DNA of 64,000 nucleotides, taken from the NCBI GenBank assembly GCA_966249325.1, contig CBINDC010000006.1:107165-171164 (forward strand), read 5' to 3'. This stretch comes from an uncultured Nibricoccus sp. Its GTDB lineage: Bacteria; Verrucomicrobiota; Verrucomicrobiia; Opitutales; Opitutaceae. Positions 1 through 9,321 of the stretch are shown in pieces. The notes under the pieces were generated by a model. That model did no database searches and had not been told where the DNA came from. It was given only the letters and a program-made list of their open reading frames with translations. The position numbers and the translations under genes are program-made. Within the stretch, counting starts at the first letter, position 1; the number at the start of each line of letters is the position of its first letter.

Positions 1-1
1 G

Positions 2-184
2 CATCGCAAACTCGATGCCGCGGTCGCTGCGGCTTACGGCTGGCCCGCCGATTTGGGCGATGAGCAGATTCTCGAGCGGCTCCTTGCGCTGAACCTTCAG
101 CGCGCGGCCGCTGAGTCTGCTGCGGCGGAGAAGCCGAAGAGCCGGAAGCGGCAGCGGGAGAAACTGGCGGACGAGCTGATCTGA
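2..184 (+). CDS. 3' end (C-terminal ~60 aa, 5'-partial at window edge) of a DNA methyltransferase of restriction-modification / BREX type
   Basis: Frame 2 reads HRKLDAAVAAAYGWPADLGDEQILERLLALNLQRAA...ADELI-stop. The LDxAVxxAYGW...EILxRLLALN tail is what I recall at the C-terminus of type I HsdM / type IIG / PglX-like N6-adenine methyltransferases. Identification is from memory of that motif only. Confidence 0.4.
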   Translation, partial: HRKLDAAVAAAYGWPADLGDEQILERLLALNLQRAAAESAAAEKPKSRKRQREKLADELI

Positions 185-306
185 GGCGCGCGGCAGCGCC
201 GTTTTTCAGGTCCGGACACGGATCGACGGAGTGGGGCGGGCCGTCGAGACGGCCCGTCGAAAGCGGCGTCGAGCCGCCGCACTCCATAACGTAGGGTAGC
301 CGGCGG

Positions 307-1143
307 TTAACCGCGGACTTCGACGACGACGGCGGTGGTGTTGTCGCGGCCGGATTCGGAGACGGCTTCGGTGACGAGTTGTTGGGCGAGGGTTTTTCCT
401 TCGGTGGGGTTGCGCAGGAGGTCTTCGATGCGGTGGTCCCAGAGGCCGTCGATGAGGCCGTCGGAGCAGATCAGGAAACGGTCGCCGGGCTGGTAACCGA
501 CGGCGCCGATGTGCGGGTCGATGAATTGGTGGCCGGCACCGAGGGCTTGCTGGAGGGCGTTGCGGCGGGGGTGGGTGCGTTGCTCGCGTTCGTTGAGCTG
601 GCCGTTGCGGCGCATCCAGCCGACCTGGCTGTGGTCGTGGGTGACCTGGGTCATGGGGCCGTTTTTCGGGAGGTAGTAGATGCGGCTGTCGCCGATGTGG
701 CCGAAGTACATCCACTGAGGGGTGAACCAGCAGAGGCTGAGCGTGGCGCCCATGCCGGCGCATTCTTCGTAGGCGTAGCCCATCTTGAGCATATCCTGGT
801 GGATGGCGGAGAAGAGTTCGCCGATGAGATCGGGGAAACCGCTGGACATGCCCTGGGCGGAGAGGCGGAAGCCTTTGGGGAGGAGGCGGGTGATTTTATC
901 GACGGCGATGCGGCTGGCGAATTCGCCGGAGTTGGCGCCGCCCATGCCGTCGCTGACGGCGAAGACGAAGTCGGTCGAGGCCATGGTAGATTCGCCGATT
1001 TTGCCGAGGTAGCGGACCTCGTGGCCGTCGAAGGCGATTCCGAGGAAGGCGTCTTCGTTATTGGTGCGGATTTTGCCGATGTCGGTGAGGCCGGACCAAA
1101 GGAGGCGGGGGGGGAGAGTGTTGTCGGGAGACGGCGAAGCCAT
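307..1143 (-). CDS. PP2C-family Ser/Thr protein phosphatase
   Basis: 278-aa ORF with PP2C hallmarks (FAVSDGMGG, GDSRIYY, ICSDGL, TAVVVEV). Confidence 0.85.
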   Translation of the reverse strand: MASPSPDNTLPPRLLWSGLTDIGKIRTNNEDAFLGIAFDGHEVRYLGKIGESTMASTDFVFAVSDGMGGANSGEFASRIAVDKITRLLPKGFRLSAQGMSSGFPDLIGELFSAIHQDMLKMGYAYEECAGMGATLSLCWFTPQWMYFGHIGDSRIYYLPKNGPMTQVTHDHSQVGWMRRNGQLNEREQRTHPRRNALQQALGAGHQFIDPHIGAVGYQPGDRFLICSDGLIDGLWDHRIEDLLRNPTEGKTLAQQLVTEAVSESGRDNTTAVVVEVRG

Positions 1144-1161
1144 GGAAAACTGCGGAAGAAA

Positions 1162-1611
1162 TTACATGCCCGGGATGCCGTTCGGCGGGCTGGGCGGGGA
1201 ATCGTCGGCGGCGATGGGGGCGAGCCCGTTGGAAGGATCGTCGAGTAATGTGGCGAACTCGAAGTCGATCACACAGAGGCGGCCGTCAGACGGGCGGTAG
1301 GTGATGTTGCGGGCGAAGGCATCTTCGTGGCGGACGCCGTAGCTGGTGAGCTCGGCGAAGACCTCTTTCATGCGTTCGTCGGAGATGTGCTCGATGACGC
1401 GGCCGCAGTTGCTCGTGACGATTTTCAGGAGCTCGGGATCGGATTCGAGGAGCTTGGGGACGAATTCGCAGCCCTTGGCTTCCAGATACTTCAAGACTCG
1501 GACCTCGTTTTCGAACCGCTCCCTGGCCATGTGCCCGCGGAAGGTTTTATGGACTCTTCCGTCATAGCCGATGCGCACGAGGGCGCGGGCTGTGTTTTTG
1601 GCTTCTTCCAT
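1162..1611 (-). CDS. minimal protein-kinase-like domain protein (149 aa; APH/RIO-like catalytic motifs)
   Basis: Gly-rich IGYDGRVHK, catalytic-loop-like HEDAFARN (HxDxxxxN) and DFE (DFG-like) motifs. Stop is 18 bp upstream of the PP2C start, same strand. Confidence 0.5.
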   Translation of the reverse strand: MEEAKNTARALVRIGYDGRVHKTFRGHMARERFENEVRVLKYLEAKGCEFVPKLLESDPELLKIVTSNCGRVIEHISDERMKEVFAELTSYGVRHEDAFARNITYRPSDGRLCVIDFEFATLLDDPSNGLAPIAADDSPPSPPNGIPGM

Positions 1612-1753
1612 GACGTCGGTGCTAAAGGCGGGTGGACAATTTCGCCCGCGACGCTGGGTGGCAAGGGCGACTTCCTGCTTAAAAACGCGCAGAAGTCTGA
1701 CGGGTGCGGTTCATGGATAAAATTTTTGGCATGAATTTTAGTTCTAGACGCCC

Positions 1754-1770
1754 GTGGCATGTTAGGTGCT
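1754..1770 (+). promoter_or_regulatory. candidate sigma-54 (-24/-12) promoter upstream of glutamine synthetase
   Basis: TGGCAT-N5-GTGC at 1755-1769, about 90 bp upstream of the glutamine synthetase start. Two mismatches to the TGGCAC-N5-TTGC consensus. Glutamine synthetase genes are classically NtrC/sigma-54 controlled. Confidence 0.25.
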
Positions 1771-1859
1771 TTTTTGCGGCGCGGTTTGTTCGTGGTCTTC
1801 CGGCCAACCAAAACGCTTGAAGAACACACACGACCACTCCCTCCTCCTCAAACTCCACC

Positions 1860-2894
1860 ATGGCCAAATACAAATTGGAATACATCTGGCTCGACGGCTA
1901 CAAGCCCGTCGCCGGCCTTCGTAGCAAAACGCAGATCAAAGAATTCGCCAGCTTCCCGAAGCTCGAAGAATTGCCCACCTGGGGCTTCGACGGGAGCTCG
2001 ACCAAGCAGGCGGAGGGACGGAGCTCGGATTGCGTGTTGAAGCCAGTCGCCGTTTACCCGGACAGCACCCGCAAGAACGGCGTGCTCGTCATGTGCGAAG
2101 TCATGATGCCGGACGGCAAGACCCCGCACATCTCCAACAGCCGCGCCACGATCCTCGATGACGAGGGCACCTGGTTTGGTTTCGAGCAGGAATATTTCCT
2201 CTACGAAAACGGCCGCCCACTCGGTTTTCCCGAAGGTGGTTATCCCGCTCCCCAAGGACCTTACTACACGGGCGTCGGTTATGCCGCCGTCGGTGATGTC
2301 GCCCGCCAGATCGTCGAAGAGCATCTCGATCTCTGTCTCGACGCCGGCATCAACCACGAAGGCATCAACGCCGAAGTGGCCAAGGGCCAGTGGGAATTCC
2401 AGGTTTTCGGCAAAGGCTCCAAGAAGGCCGCTGACGATGTCTGGGTCGCTCGTTACCTGCTGATCCGTCTCTGCGAACAGTACGGCATCGACGTCCAGTT
2501 CCACTGCAAACCGATTCTCGGGCCCTACAACGCTCCGCTCGACTGGAACGGTTCGGGCATGCACTCGAACTTCTCCACGAAGTTCATGCGCGAGGTCGGT
2601 GGCAAAGACTACTTCGAGAAGCTCATGGCCGCGTTCTCCAAGCACTGCGCCGAGCACATCGCGGTTTACGGACCGGAAAATCATCTCCGCCTCACCGGCC
2701 TCCACGAGACACAGTCGATCGACAAGTTCTCGTACGGTGTCGCCGACCGCGGCGCTTCCGTCCGCGTCCCGCACAGCTTCATCAACAACGGTTACAAGGG
2801 CTACCTCGAAGACCGTCGTCCGAACTCCGCGGCCAACCCGTACGAAGTCGCTTCGCGCATCCTCAAGACGATCGCGACCGTCCCGACGACCTGA
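1860..2894 (+). CDS. glnII: glutamine synthetase type II (eukaryote-like GSII)
   Basis: 344 aa. The N-terminus KLEYIWLDG, GFEQEYF, PGPYYTGVG and SVRVP motifs are typical of GSII. Confidence 0.9.
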   Translation: MAKYKLEYIWLDGYKPVAGLRSKTQIKEFASFPKLEELPTWGFDGSSTKQAEGRSSDCVLKPVAVYPDSTRKNGVLVMCEVMMPDGKTPHISNSRATILDDEGTWFGFEQEYFLYENGRPLGFPEGGYPAPQGPYYTGVGYAAVGDVARQIVEEHLDLCLDAGINHEGINAEVAKGQWEFQVFGKGSKKAADDVWVARYLLIRLCEQYGIDVQFHCKPILGPYNAPLDWNGSGMHSNFSTKFMREVGGKDYFEKLMAAFSKHCAEHIAVYGPENHLRLTGLHETQSIDKFSYGVADRGASVRVPHSFINNGYKGYLEDRRPNSAANPYEVASRILKTIATVPTT

Positions 2895-2926
2895 GTCAGC
2901 GACTCACGTTGAGTTTAGTTTTTCGA

Positions 2927-2953
2927 ACGCCACCCGAGAGGGTGGCGTTTTTT
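2927..2953 (+). terminator. rho-independent terminator after glnII
   Basis: GC hairpin cgccacccgagagggtggcg followed by T7. Confidence 0.6.
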
Positions 2954-3152
2954 TGTGCTGCGTGAGGAGACGGTGGGTGCAGGCAGGCAGAGCTAGGAGC
3001 AGCTCAATTTGAAGTGCTCCAGCACGCCTGTTGGACACGATCCCTCCTGCGCCACAGCAATCTTGTTCATCCTCTTAAATCCTGCCCCCAAACTCCGGTG
3101 CATCCACCGCACCGCTCTTCCACTTCAGCATTCGGCCTTCCGATTTCGAATT

Positions 3153-4271
3153 TCAGCTCGATGCGGCCAGCTGCCCGCATCCCGCCGCGATATCGATCCC
3201 CCGCCGCTGCCGCACCGTACTCGCGAAACCGTACTCCGCCAGCACCGCCTGAAACCGTTTCGCCGCCTCCGTCCGCGTCGGCGCGCCATCGTACCCGGAA
3301 GTCGGATTCAACGGGATCAAGTTCACCTGCGATTCCTCCATCCCCTTCAACAACCGCGCCACCGCATGCGCATTCTCCACCGAGTCGTTCTTCCCCTCGA
3401 TGAGCGTCCACTCGAAAAAAATCTTCTGCCCCGTCTTCTGCACATAGTAGCGGCACGCCTCCATCAACTCATCGAGCGGCCACCGCTTCGCCGTAGGCAC
3501 CAGCGCATGACGCTCCTCCTGCGTCGCTCCGTGCAAGCTCAACGCCAGCGAGATCGTCCGCCCTTCATCCGCCAGCCGCCTGATCCCCGGAATCACGCCC
3601 ACCGTGCTCAACGTGATCTTCGCCGCCCCGATCGCCAGCCCGCTCGAATCGCGAAAAATATCCACCGCCTTCATGACCGCGTCATAATTGTGCAACGGCT
3701 CGCCCATCCCCATCAGCACGAGATTCCGCAGCCGCTCGCCCTTCGCCTTCAAAATCCGCTGCACATGCACCACCTGCGCGACGATCTCACCCGTCGTCAG
3801 ATGACGCGCAAACCCGCGCTGCCCCGTCGCGCAAAACACGCACCCCATCGCACACCCCGCCTGTGAACTGATGCACGCCGTCACACGACTTCCCGTGTAG
3901 CGCATCATCACCGTCTCGATCCGCTCCTGATCATTCAGCGCCAGCAGATACTTCTTCGTAAACCCATCCGAGCTGTGCGTCTCCACTGCCACCGGCAAAA
4001 TTCCGAGCACACACTCCGCCTCCAATTTCGCCCGCACCTTCGCCGGCAACTCGCCCATCGCCGCAAACGAATCTACGCACTCCCAATAAAGATAATTCCA
4101 AAGCCGCGCCACATGCACGGGATTCAACTCCCAGCTCACGAGCAACGCCTGCAGCTCCGCCCTAGTCAGATCGTACAAATCGATCCGCCGTCCGGCAGCC
4201 GTGTGAATATCCGTCGTCATGAGCTCCCCAACAAAATCCCCTGCGCCCCCTCCGTCGAGCCGCCACTTCAC
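3153..4271 (-). CDS. rlmN: 23S rRNA (adenine2503-C2)/tRNA methyltransferase RlmN (radical SAM)
   Basis: CAMGCVFCATG radical-SAM cysteine motif and RlmN-like flanks. An alternative start at 4220 (MTTDIH) is possible. Confidence 0.85.
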   Translation of the reverse strand: MKWRLDGGGAGDFVGELMTTDIHTAAGRRIDLYDLTRAELQALLVSWELNPVHVARLWNYLYWECVDSFAAMGELPAKVRAKLEAECVLGILPVAVETHSSDGFTKKYLLALNDQERIETVMMRYTGSRVTACISSQAGCAMGCVFCATGQRGFARHLTTGEIVAQVVHVQRILKAKGERLRNLVLMGMGEPLHNYDAVMKAVDIFRDSSGLAIGAAKITLSTVGVIPGIRRLADEGRTISLALSLHGATQEERHALVPTAKRWPLDELMEACRYYVQKTGQKIFFEWTLIEGKNDSVENAHAVARLLKGMEESQVNLIPLNPTSGYDGAPTRTEAAKRFQAVLAEYGFASTVRQRRGIDIAAGCGQLAASS

Positions 4272-4354
4272 GTAGCCGCGAGCGCGCAGCGAGCAGATTC
4301 CCCGTCATCCTCCCATTCAATCCCGCCAACCACTCCTCCTCTCAACCCACCTCC

Positions 4355-4392
4355 CCAAAACGCAAGAAGCCGCGCCTCGGATGGCGCGGCTT
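4355..4392 (-). terminator. rho-independent terminator (minus strand) downstream of the small ORF 4493-4756
   Basis: Hairpin aagccgcgcc-tcggat-ggcgcggctt followed on the minus strand by cttgcgttttgggg. Confidence 0.4.
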
Positions 4393-4492
4393 CCCAACAC
4401 TCGGGTCACCTTTTTATTCTCTGACTCTGACTTACTTTCTGACCTTACCTGTCATGCTATCATTCTGACCTGCTATCTATCCATCTGACATC

Positions 4493-4756
4493 CTAGCGGA
4501 ACTGCGTGTGTCCTCCATCGGACTTGGCTTCATACGCATGCACTGAGCGGGCGGAGTCTCCCCAACTGGGGAGATTATCGCGGCGCCAATAATGCGCCTC
4601 TGTTATCTCCGTGCGCATGGCCGGATCGCTTGCTCTCAACATGACTCCATTGAGTCCTGCGTAAGCGACATCCTCCGGCCTCAAGTGTAGTTCATCCGCG
4701 AGGCGGGCGACGGGAGCGAATTCTTCATCTTCGAGGTGAATCCTGATTACAGGCAT
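4493..4756 (-). CDS. hypothetical small protein (87 aa from MPVIRIHLEDEEF)
   Basis: ORF only; no recognisable domain. Its 3' flank is the AT-rich TCTGAC-repeat region. Confidence 0.25.
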   Translation of the reverse strand: MPVIRIHLEDEEFAPVARLADELHLRPEDVAYAGLNGVMLRASDPAMRTEITEAHYWRRDNLPSWGDSARSVHAYEAKSDGGHTQFR

Positions 4757-4932
4757 AACAACTCCGGGGTTAAGGGTTGAGCTTCTTACCTGCCGAAACC
4801 ATACGCCCGCACTCACCATCCGGCAAACGCGCCACACACTTTTCCGCACAAAAAATCCCCCTCGTCCGCCCACTCCACTCTCTATCCGCTACCCTCTACC
4901 TTCTATCTTCTTCTCTCCGCCCGCCCGCCGCT

Positions 4933-6176
4933 TCATCCCGCAAACGTCGTCAGCAGCTCCGCGTAAATCTTCGCGCTGCGCACCAACTCTTTAACCGACG
5001 CCCGCTCATTCACCGCATGGCAATCCTCTCCGCCTGGCCCGTAGCCCAGCGTAGGGATCTTCAGATGATGCGCAAAAAAATGCATGTCGTTAAACCCAGT
5101 CGACACATTGAACACCGCCGCCTTCTTCCGCACCCGCGTCACGGTTTCAGCCATCGCCGCGAAAAACGGATGCTCCGGCGCGTGATAACACGGATGATTG
5201 TCCGACACCTTCGCCACCGTGATCCGGCACTCCGGAATCCGCTTCGCCGCCGCCGCCAGAAATGCCCGCAACTCCTTCTCCGCCTCCACCACCGTCTCCA
5301 CCGCGACCACCCGCCGGTCGATCGAGAAACGCGCCTCCGCCGGCACCGTGTTGATCTTCCCGCCCGGTCCCTGCGCAAAAACACCGCCCACATTCAACGT
5401 CGGCCGCATCGTCTTCCCCTCCGGCGTCGTAAACGTCCGCGCCGCCAGCTCCTCCTTGTGCGTATCCAATTCCCGGACGAGCGCCGCCATCTTCTCAAAC
5501 GCATTCACCCCCTTTTCCGGCTGCGACCCATGCGCCGCCCGCCCGTGCACCGTCACCTCCAGCCAGACGACGCCATTGTGCCCGCAACACACGCGATGCC
5601 CCTCGCCGCCTTCCATCACCACCGCGTAGTCCGGCGAAATCGGCGCGTGCTCCACAACCCATCCCGCGCCCAGCGCCGAGTCCGTCTCCTCATCCGCCGT
5701 GAACGAAACCTCCACATTCATCAACGGCTCCACTCCGCTCGCCTTCAACGCCCTCAGCGCCATCAGCAAACTCGCGATCGATCCCTTCATGTCCGCCGAC
5801 CCGCGCCCATACAGCCATCCGCCCGCCACCGCCCCCGAGAACGCCCCGCCCTGTGCCCAGTTTCCCGATACAGGCACCACGTCATAGTGCGCGTTGAAAT
5901 GAATCGTCTTCTTCGCGCCGCGCGCCTTGCGAAATCCCAGCACATTCCACCGCGGAAACCCGTGCTGGTCCGCCGGCAGCGTCTTCTTCAATAACGCCGC
6001 CGGCACCGCCAGCCGCCGAGCCTTCAACCCCGCCGCCCCCAGTTCCTCCACGAGCCGAGCCGTGATCGCATCATAGTTTTCCCCCGGCGGATTCACCGTC
6101 GGCATGCCCACCAGATCCCGCAGCAACTCCGTCAGCTCATCCACGTGCGCATCGATATAGTCGGCAGGCGTCATGA
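4933..6176 (-). CDS. M20-family metallopeptidase (ArgE/DapE/CPG2-like deacylase)
   Basis: HFNAHYDVVP, GRGSADMKG and the metal-ligand region SFTADEE. Start chosen at MTPADYID. Confidence 0.8.
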
Positions 6177-6370
6177 CCGGGCAGAATCGCGGAAACGCGT
6201 AAGAACGGAAGCGCGGAAAAATTCCGCTACTCCTCATCGGCTCCTGGCCTGATCGCACTTTTCCCGCACCGCTCATCCTCTCAGAAAAACTCCTCATCCG
6301 TCCGCGCTTCCGCTCGTCAGCCTTCCCGCGATTAACTCCCCAACCGGATCTAAGCCACAGCCGCTCCCCG

Positions 6371-6403
6371 TTTCACCCTTCACTCTTCACCTTTCACCCT
6401 TCC
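6371..6403 (+). repeat. four tandem ~8-bp repeats (TTCACCCT/TCACTCT/TCACCTT/TCACCCT) in the 5' leader of the cupin gene
   Basis: Seen directly in sequence immediately upstream of the ATG at 6408. Confidence 0.5.
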
Positions 6404-6407
6404 TCGG

Positions 6408-6893
6408 ATGTCCGCCACCGACCTCATCGCCCGCCTCAACCTCCAACCCCTCCCGCACGAAGGCGGATTCTTCGCCCGCACCTGGACCAGCCGCGAAACC
6501 CTCCCCGACGGGCGCCCCCTCGGCACCGCCATTTATTTCCTCCTCACGCCCGACGGCTTCTCCGCCCTCCACCGCCTCGATGCCGACGAGCTCTGGCACT
6601 TTCACTCCGGCGATCCCGTCGAACACCTCCAACTCTCCCCCTCCGGCTCTGCCAGTATTTCGCGCCTCGGCCCCAATCCTGCCTCCGGCGAAATCCCGCA
6701 ACTCACCGTCCCCGCCGGCTCCTGGCAGGGTGCCCGCCTCGCGCAAAACCCCCGCCTCGGCTGGGCCCTCCTCACCTGCACGATGAGCCCCGGCTGGACC
6801 GACTCCGGCTTCGAACTCGGCTCGCGCGCCGATCTCCACGCGCTCTATCCCGCACACATGAGTTTAATCTCCGCCCTCACGCGCACCGCTTAA
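6408..6893 (+). CDS. cupin-fold protein, DUF985 family
   Basis: HEGGFF, AIYFLL, LHR, PGW and FEL motifs as in DUF985 cupins. Confidence 0.65.
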   Translation: MSATDLIARLNLQPLPHEGGFFARTWTSRETLPDGRPLGTAIYFLLTPDGFSALHRLDADELWHFHSGDPVEHLQLSPSGSASISRLGPNPASGEIPQLTVPAGSWQGARLAQNPRLGWALLTCTMSPGWTDSGFELGSRADLHALYPAHMSLISALTRTA

Positions 6894-7038
6894 CCACTCC
6901 ACGGTCTGCCCCACTTCCCGGCTCTTCTCTCCATGAAAAGATGCGCCGGCCTGTAGTGTTTTCCCTGCTTGCGACCTTCGGCACGAGTTACCGGTTGGAA
7001 AACCCCGCCACGCGCACGTTACTTTTTTCTCAACAACC

Positions 7039-7677
7039 ATGGCCCTCGCCGACTTACGCAAAGACTACTCGCTCGCCGGACTCCTCGAAAAGGATCTGGC
7101 CCGCGACCCTTTCCGTCAGTTCGACAAATGGTTCCAGGAAGCCGAGGCCGCCAAAATCCCAGAACCCAACGCCATGGTCTGCTCGCTCGCCACGACCGAC
7201 GGCCGCCCCTCTTCCCGCATCGTCCTCCTCAAAGCCGTCGATGGCCGCGGCTTCGTATTTTATACCAACTACGACAGCCGCAAAGGCCGCGAACTCTCCG
7301 CCAACCCCCGCGCCTCCCTCCTCTTCCCGTGGATCGCCATGGAGCGCCAGGTGATCGTCGAGGGCACCGTCACCCGCCTCACCCGCGAAGAATCCGCCGC
7401 CTATTTCCACAGCCGCCCCCTCGCCAGCCAGCTCGGCGCCTTGGCCTCCCCGCAAAGCACCATTCTCCCCAACCGCGCCGCCCTCGACGACGCCTATAAA
7501 GCCATCGAGAAAAAATACGCCGGCGAAGAAATCCCCCTCCCTCCGCACTGGGGCGGCTACCGCGTCTCCCCCGAGTCCGTCGAGTTCTGGCAAGGCCGCC
7601 GCTCTCGCCTCCACGACCGCCTCCGCTACCGCCGCGAAAAATCTGGCGACTGGATCGTCGAACGCCTCGCCCCATAA
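7039..7677 (+). CDS. pdxH: pyridoxamine 5'-phosphate oxidase
   Basis: 212 aa. RIVLLK, FVFYTNY and the C-terminal IEFWQGRxSRLHDR PdxH signature. Confidence 0.9.
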   Translation: MALADLRKDYSLAGLLEKDLARDPFRQFDKWFQEAEAAKIPEPNAMVCSLATTDGRPSSRIVLLKAVDGRGFVFYTNYDSRKGRELSANPRASLLFPWIAMERQVIVEGTVTRLTREESAAYFHSRPLASQLGALASPQSTILPNRAALDDAYKAIEKKYAGEEIPLPPHWGGYRVSPESVEFWQGRRSRLHDRLRYRREKSGDWIVERLAP

Positions 7678-7710
7678 CACGCCTGCTTTTCTCCCAACCG
7701 ACACGCCCAC

Positions 7711-9321
7711 GTGAGGTACCTCCAATCAACGCCGCCATTCCCCGCGCTCCCAGACGCGCGTGACACCCGGGACAAACCCCCGGCGGCGCCGCTGCTTGCC
7801 GCCGCCGTCCACGCCCAAAGCGAAGGCGTCCTCATCGTGGAGAAGCGTTGGACCCGCAAAGGTCTCAAAATCATTTTCGCCAACGAAAGCTTCTGCGCCA
7901 TGACCGGCCACACCGTATCCGGTCTCCGGGCACTCGGCCTCGCCGCGCTCCACATCGAGGAAGACACCATCCCGCGCCTGAAAGATTGGGTCGCCCATCT
8001 CCAAAGCGGCACCGTTTTCGGAGGCGAGGGCAGCCTGCGCCGCAAGGACAACTCCGCTCTTTTCGCCGCGTGGAACTACTGCCCCGTTCACGACCGGCGC
8101 GGCAAAGTCACCCACATCGTCGCCACCTTCCGCGACCTCACCGAAAAACGCCGCCTCCAGGAAGCCCTCGTTCACTCGCAACGCCTCGACGCCGTCGGCC
8201 GCCTCGCCGGCGGAGTCGCCCACGACTTCAACAACCTCCTCTCCGTCATCAACGGCTACTGCGAAATCCTCGCCACAAAAGCCCCGATACGCCGCCAGGC
8301 CTCCCGCGAACTCGAGGAAATCCACCTCGCGAGCCAGAAAGCCGCCACCCTCGTCCGCCAGCTCCTCGCCTTCTCCCGCCGCCAGGCGATGAACCCAAAA
8401 GTCATCAGCCTCAACCAGCTCGTCCGCGACAACGCCGAGATCCTCTCCCGCCTCCTCAAGCCCGCCAAATCCCTCGCCCTCTCGCTCGACGCCGAATCCC
8501 TCAACGTCCGCGTCGACCCCGCGCAGCTCCAGCAGGTCCTCCTCAATCTCACCATCAACGCCCGCGATGCCCTCGCCGACGGCGGCCAGGTCACTCTCAC
8601 CACCGCCCTCCGCGAAATCACCAGCGACCAGCACCCCGATCCCGCCGAACTCGATCCCATCCCCACCGGACGCTACGCCGTCCTTTCCGTCCACGACAAC
8701 GGCAGCGGCATGGACGAACAGACGCAGTCCCACCTCTTCGAACCGTTCTTCACCACCAAGGAACCAGGCCACGGCACCGGCCTCGGCCTCGCCCTTGTCT
8801 ACGGCGTCGTCCAGCAAAGCGGCGGCCACATCCGCGTCCAAAGCGCCCCGCGCGTCGGCACCACCTTCGAAATTTTCCTCCCCGAAGCCCGCGAAGCCAT
8901 CCAGTCCGCGCCCACCCAAATCCCCGCCATCCCCACCACCCGCGGCCGCGAAACCGTCCTCCTTGTCGAAGAAGACGACGTCATCCGCAAAATGGTCGCC
9001 AGCATTCTCACCGCCGACGGCTACACCGTCCTCTCCGAACGCAACGCCGACGACGGCCTCGACATCTCCCGCCGCCTCGGACGCCCCATCGATCTCCTGA
9101 TCACCCAGATCGGCGGCACCGCCGGCAACGCAGGCGAAAAACTCGTCCGCGAACTCCACGCCGAGCACCCCAAAGTCCGCGTCCTCGCCACCTGCAACGC
9201 CGACAGCCCTCCGCTCGCCACCCTCCCCGTTTCCGCCGCCGCCTGCGTCGTGAAACCCTTCGCCCTCAGCGCCCTCATCAAAGCCGTCCGCACTCTGCTC
9301 GACGCCAGAAAAAGCGCCTGA
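7711..9321 (+). CDS. hybrid sensor histidine kinase (PAS - HisKA - HATPase_c - C-terminal receiver-like domain with Gln at the phospho-acceptor position)
   Basis: H-box [11 protein letters not shown], then N/G1/G2 boxes (NARDA, DNGSGM, GTGLGL). The REC fold has EEDD, T494 and K515, but the acceptor position is Q466 (codon 9106-9108). Confidence 0.85.
   Translation: MRYLQSTPPFPALPDARDTRDKPPAAPLLAAAVHAQSEGVLIVEKRWTRKGLKIIFANESFCAMTGHTVSGLRALGLAALHIEEDTIPRLKDWVAHLQSGTVFGGEGSLRRKDNSALFAAWNYCPVHDRRGKVTHIVATFRDLTEKRRLQEALVHSQRLDAVGRLAGGVAHDFNNLLSVINGYCEILATKAPIRRQASRELEEIHLASQKAATLVRQLLAFSRRQAMNPKVISLNQLVRDNAEILSRLLKPAKSLALSLDAESLNVRVDPAQLQQVLLNLTINARDALADGGQVTLTTALREITSDQHPDPAELDPIPTGRYAVLSVHDNGSGMDEQTQSHLFEPFFTTKEPGHGTGLGLALVYGVVQQSGGHIRVQSAPRVGTTFEIFLPEAREAIQSAPTQIPAIPTTRGRETVLLVEEDDVIRKMVASILTADGYTVLSERNADDGLDISRRLGRPIDLLITQIGGTAGNAGEKLVRELHAEHPKVRVLATCNADSPPLATLPVSAAACVVKPFALSALIKAVRTLLDARKSA

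Noticed and set aside
3009-4424. Plus-strand ORFs of 285, 129 and 149 aa, Pro/Arg/His-rich, overlapping rlmN
   Set aside because: Antisense to RlmN, which has an intact radical-SAM motif. Composition typical of out-of-frame GC-rich DNA.
4418-4490. Possible PhoB-type site (CTGTCAT at 4447) within the TCTGAC repeat region
   Set aside because: The repeats are TCTGAC with irregular spacing (6, 12, 26, 20 bp) rather than TGTCAC-N4-TGTCAC. They do not match the three Pho-box-like elements found in the kinase island.
7726-9168. 480-aa minus-strand ORF rich in Gly/Ala/Asp/Glu overlapping the 7711-9321 kinase
   Set aside because: Antisense shadow frame of a high-GC gene: low-complexity translation with no domain signature. 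The sense frame carries a complete PAS-HisKA-HATPase-REC protein.
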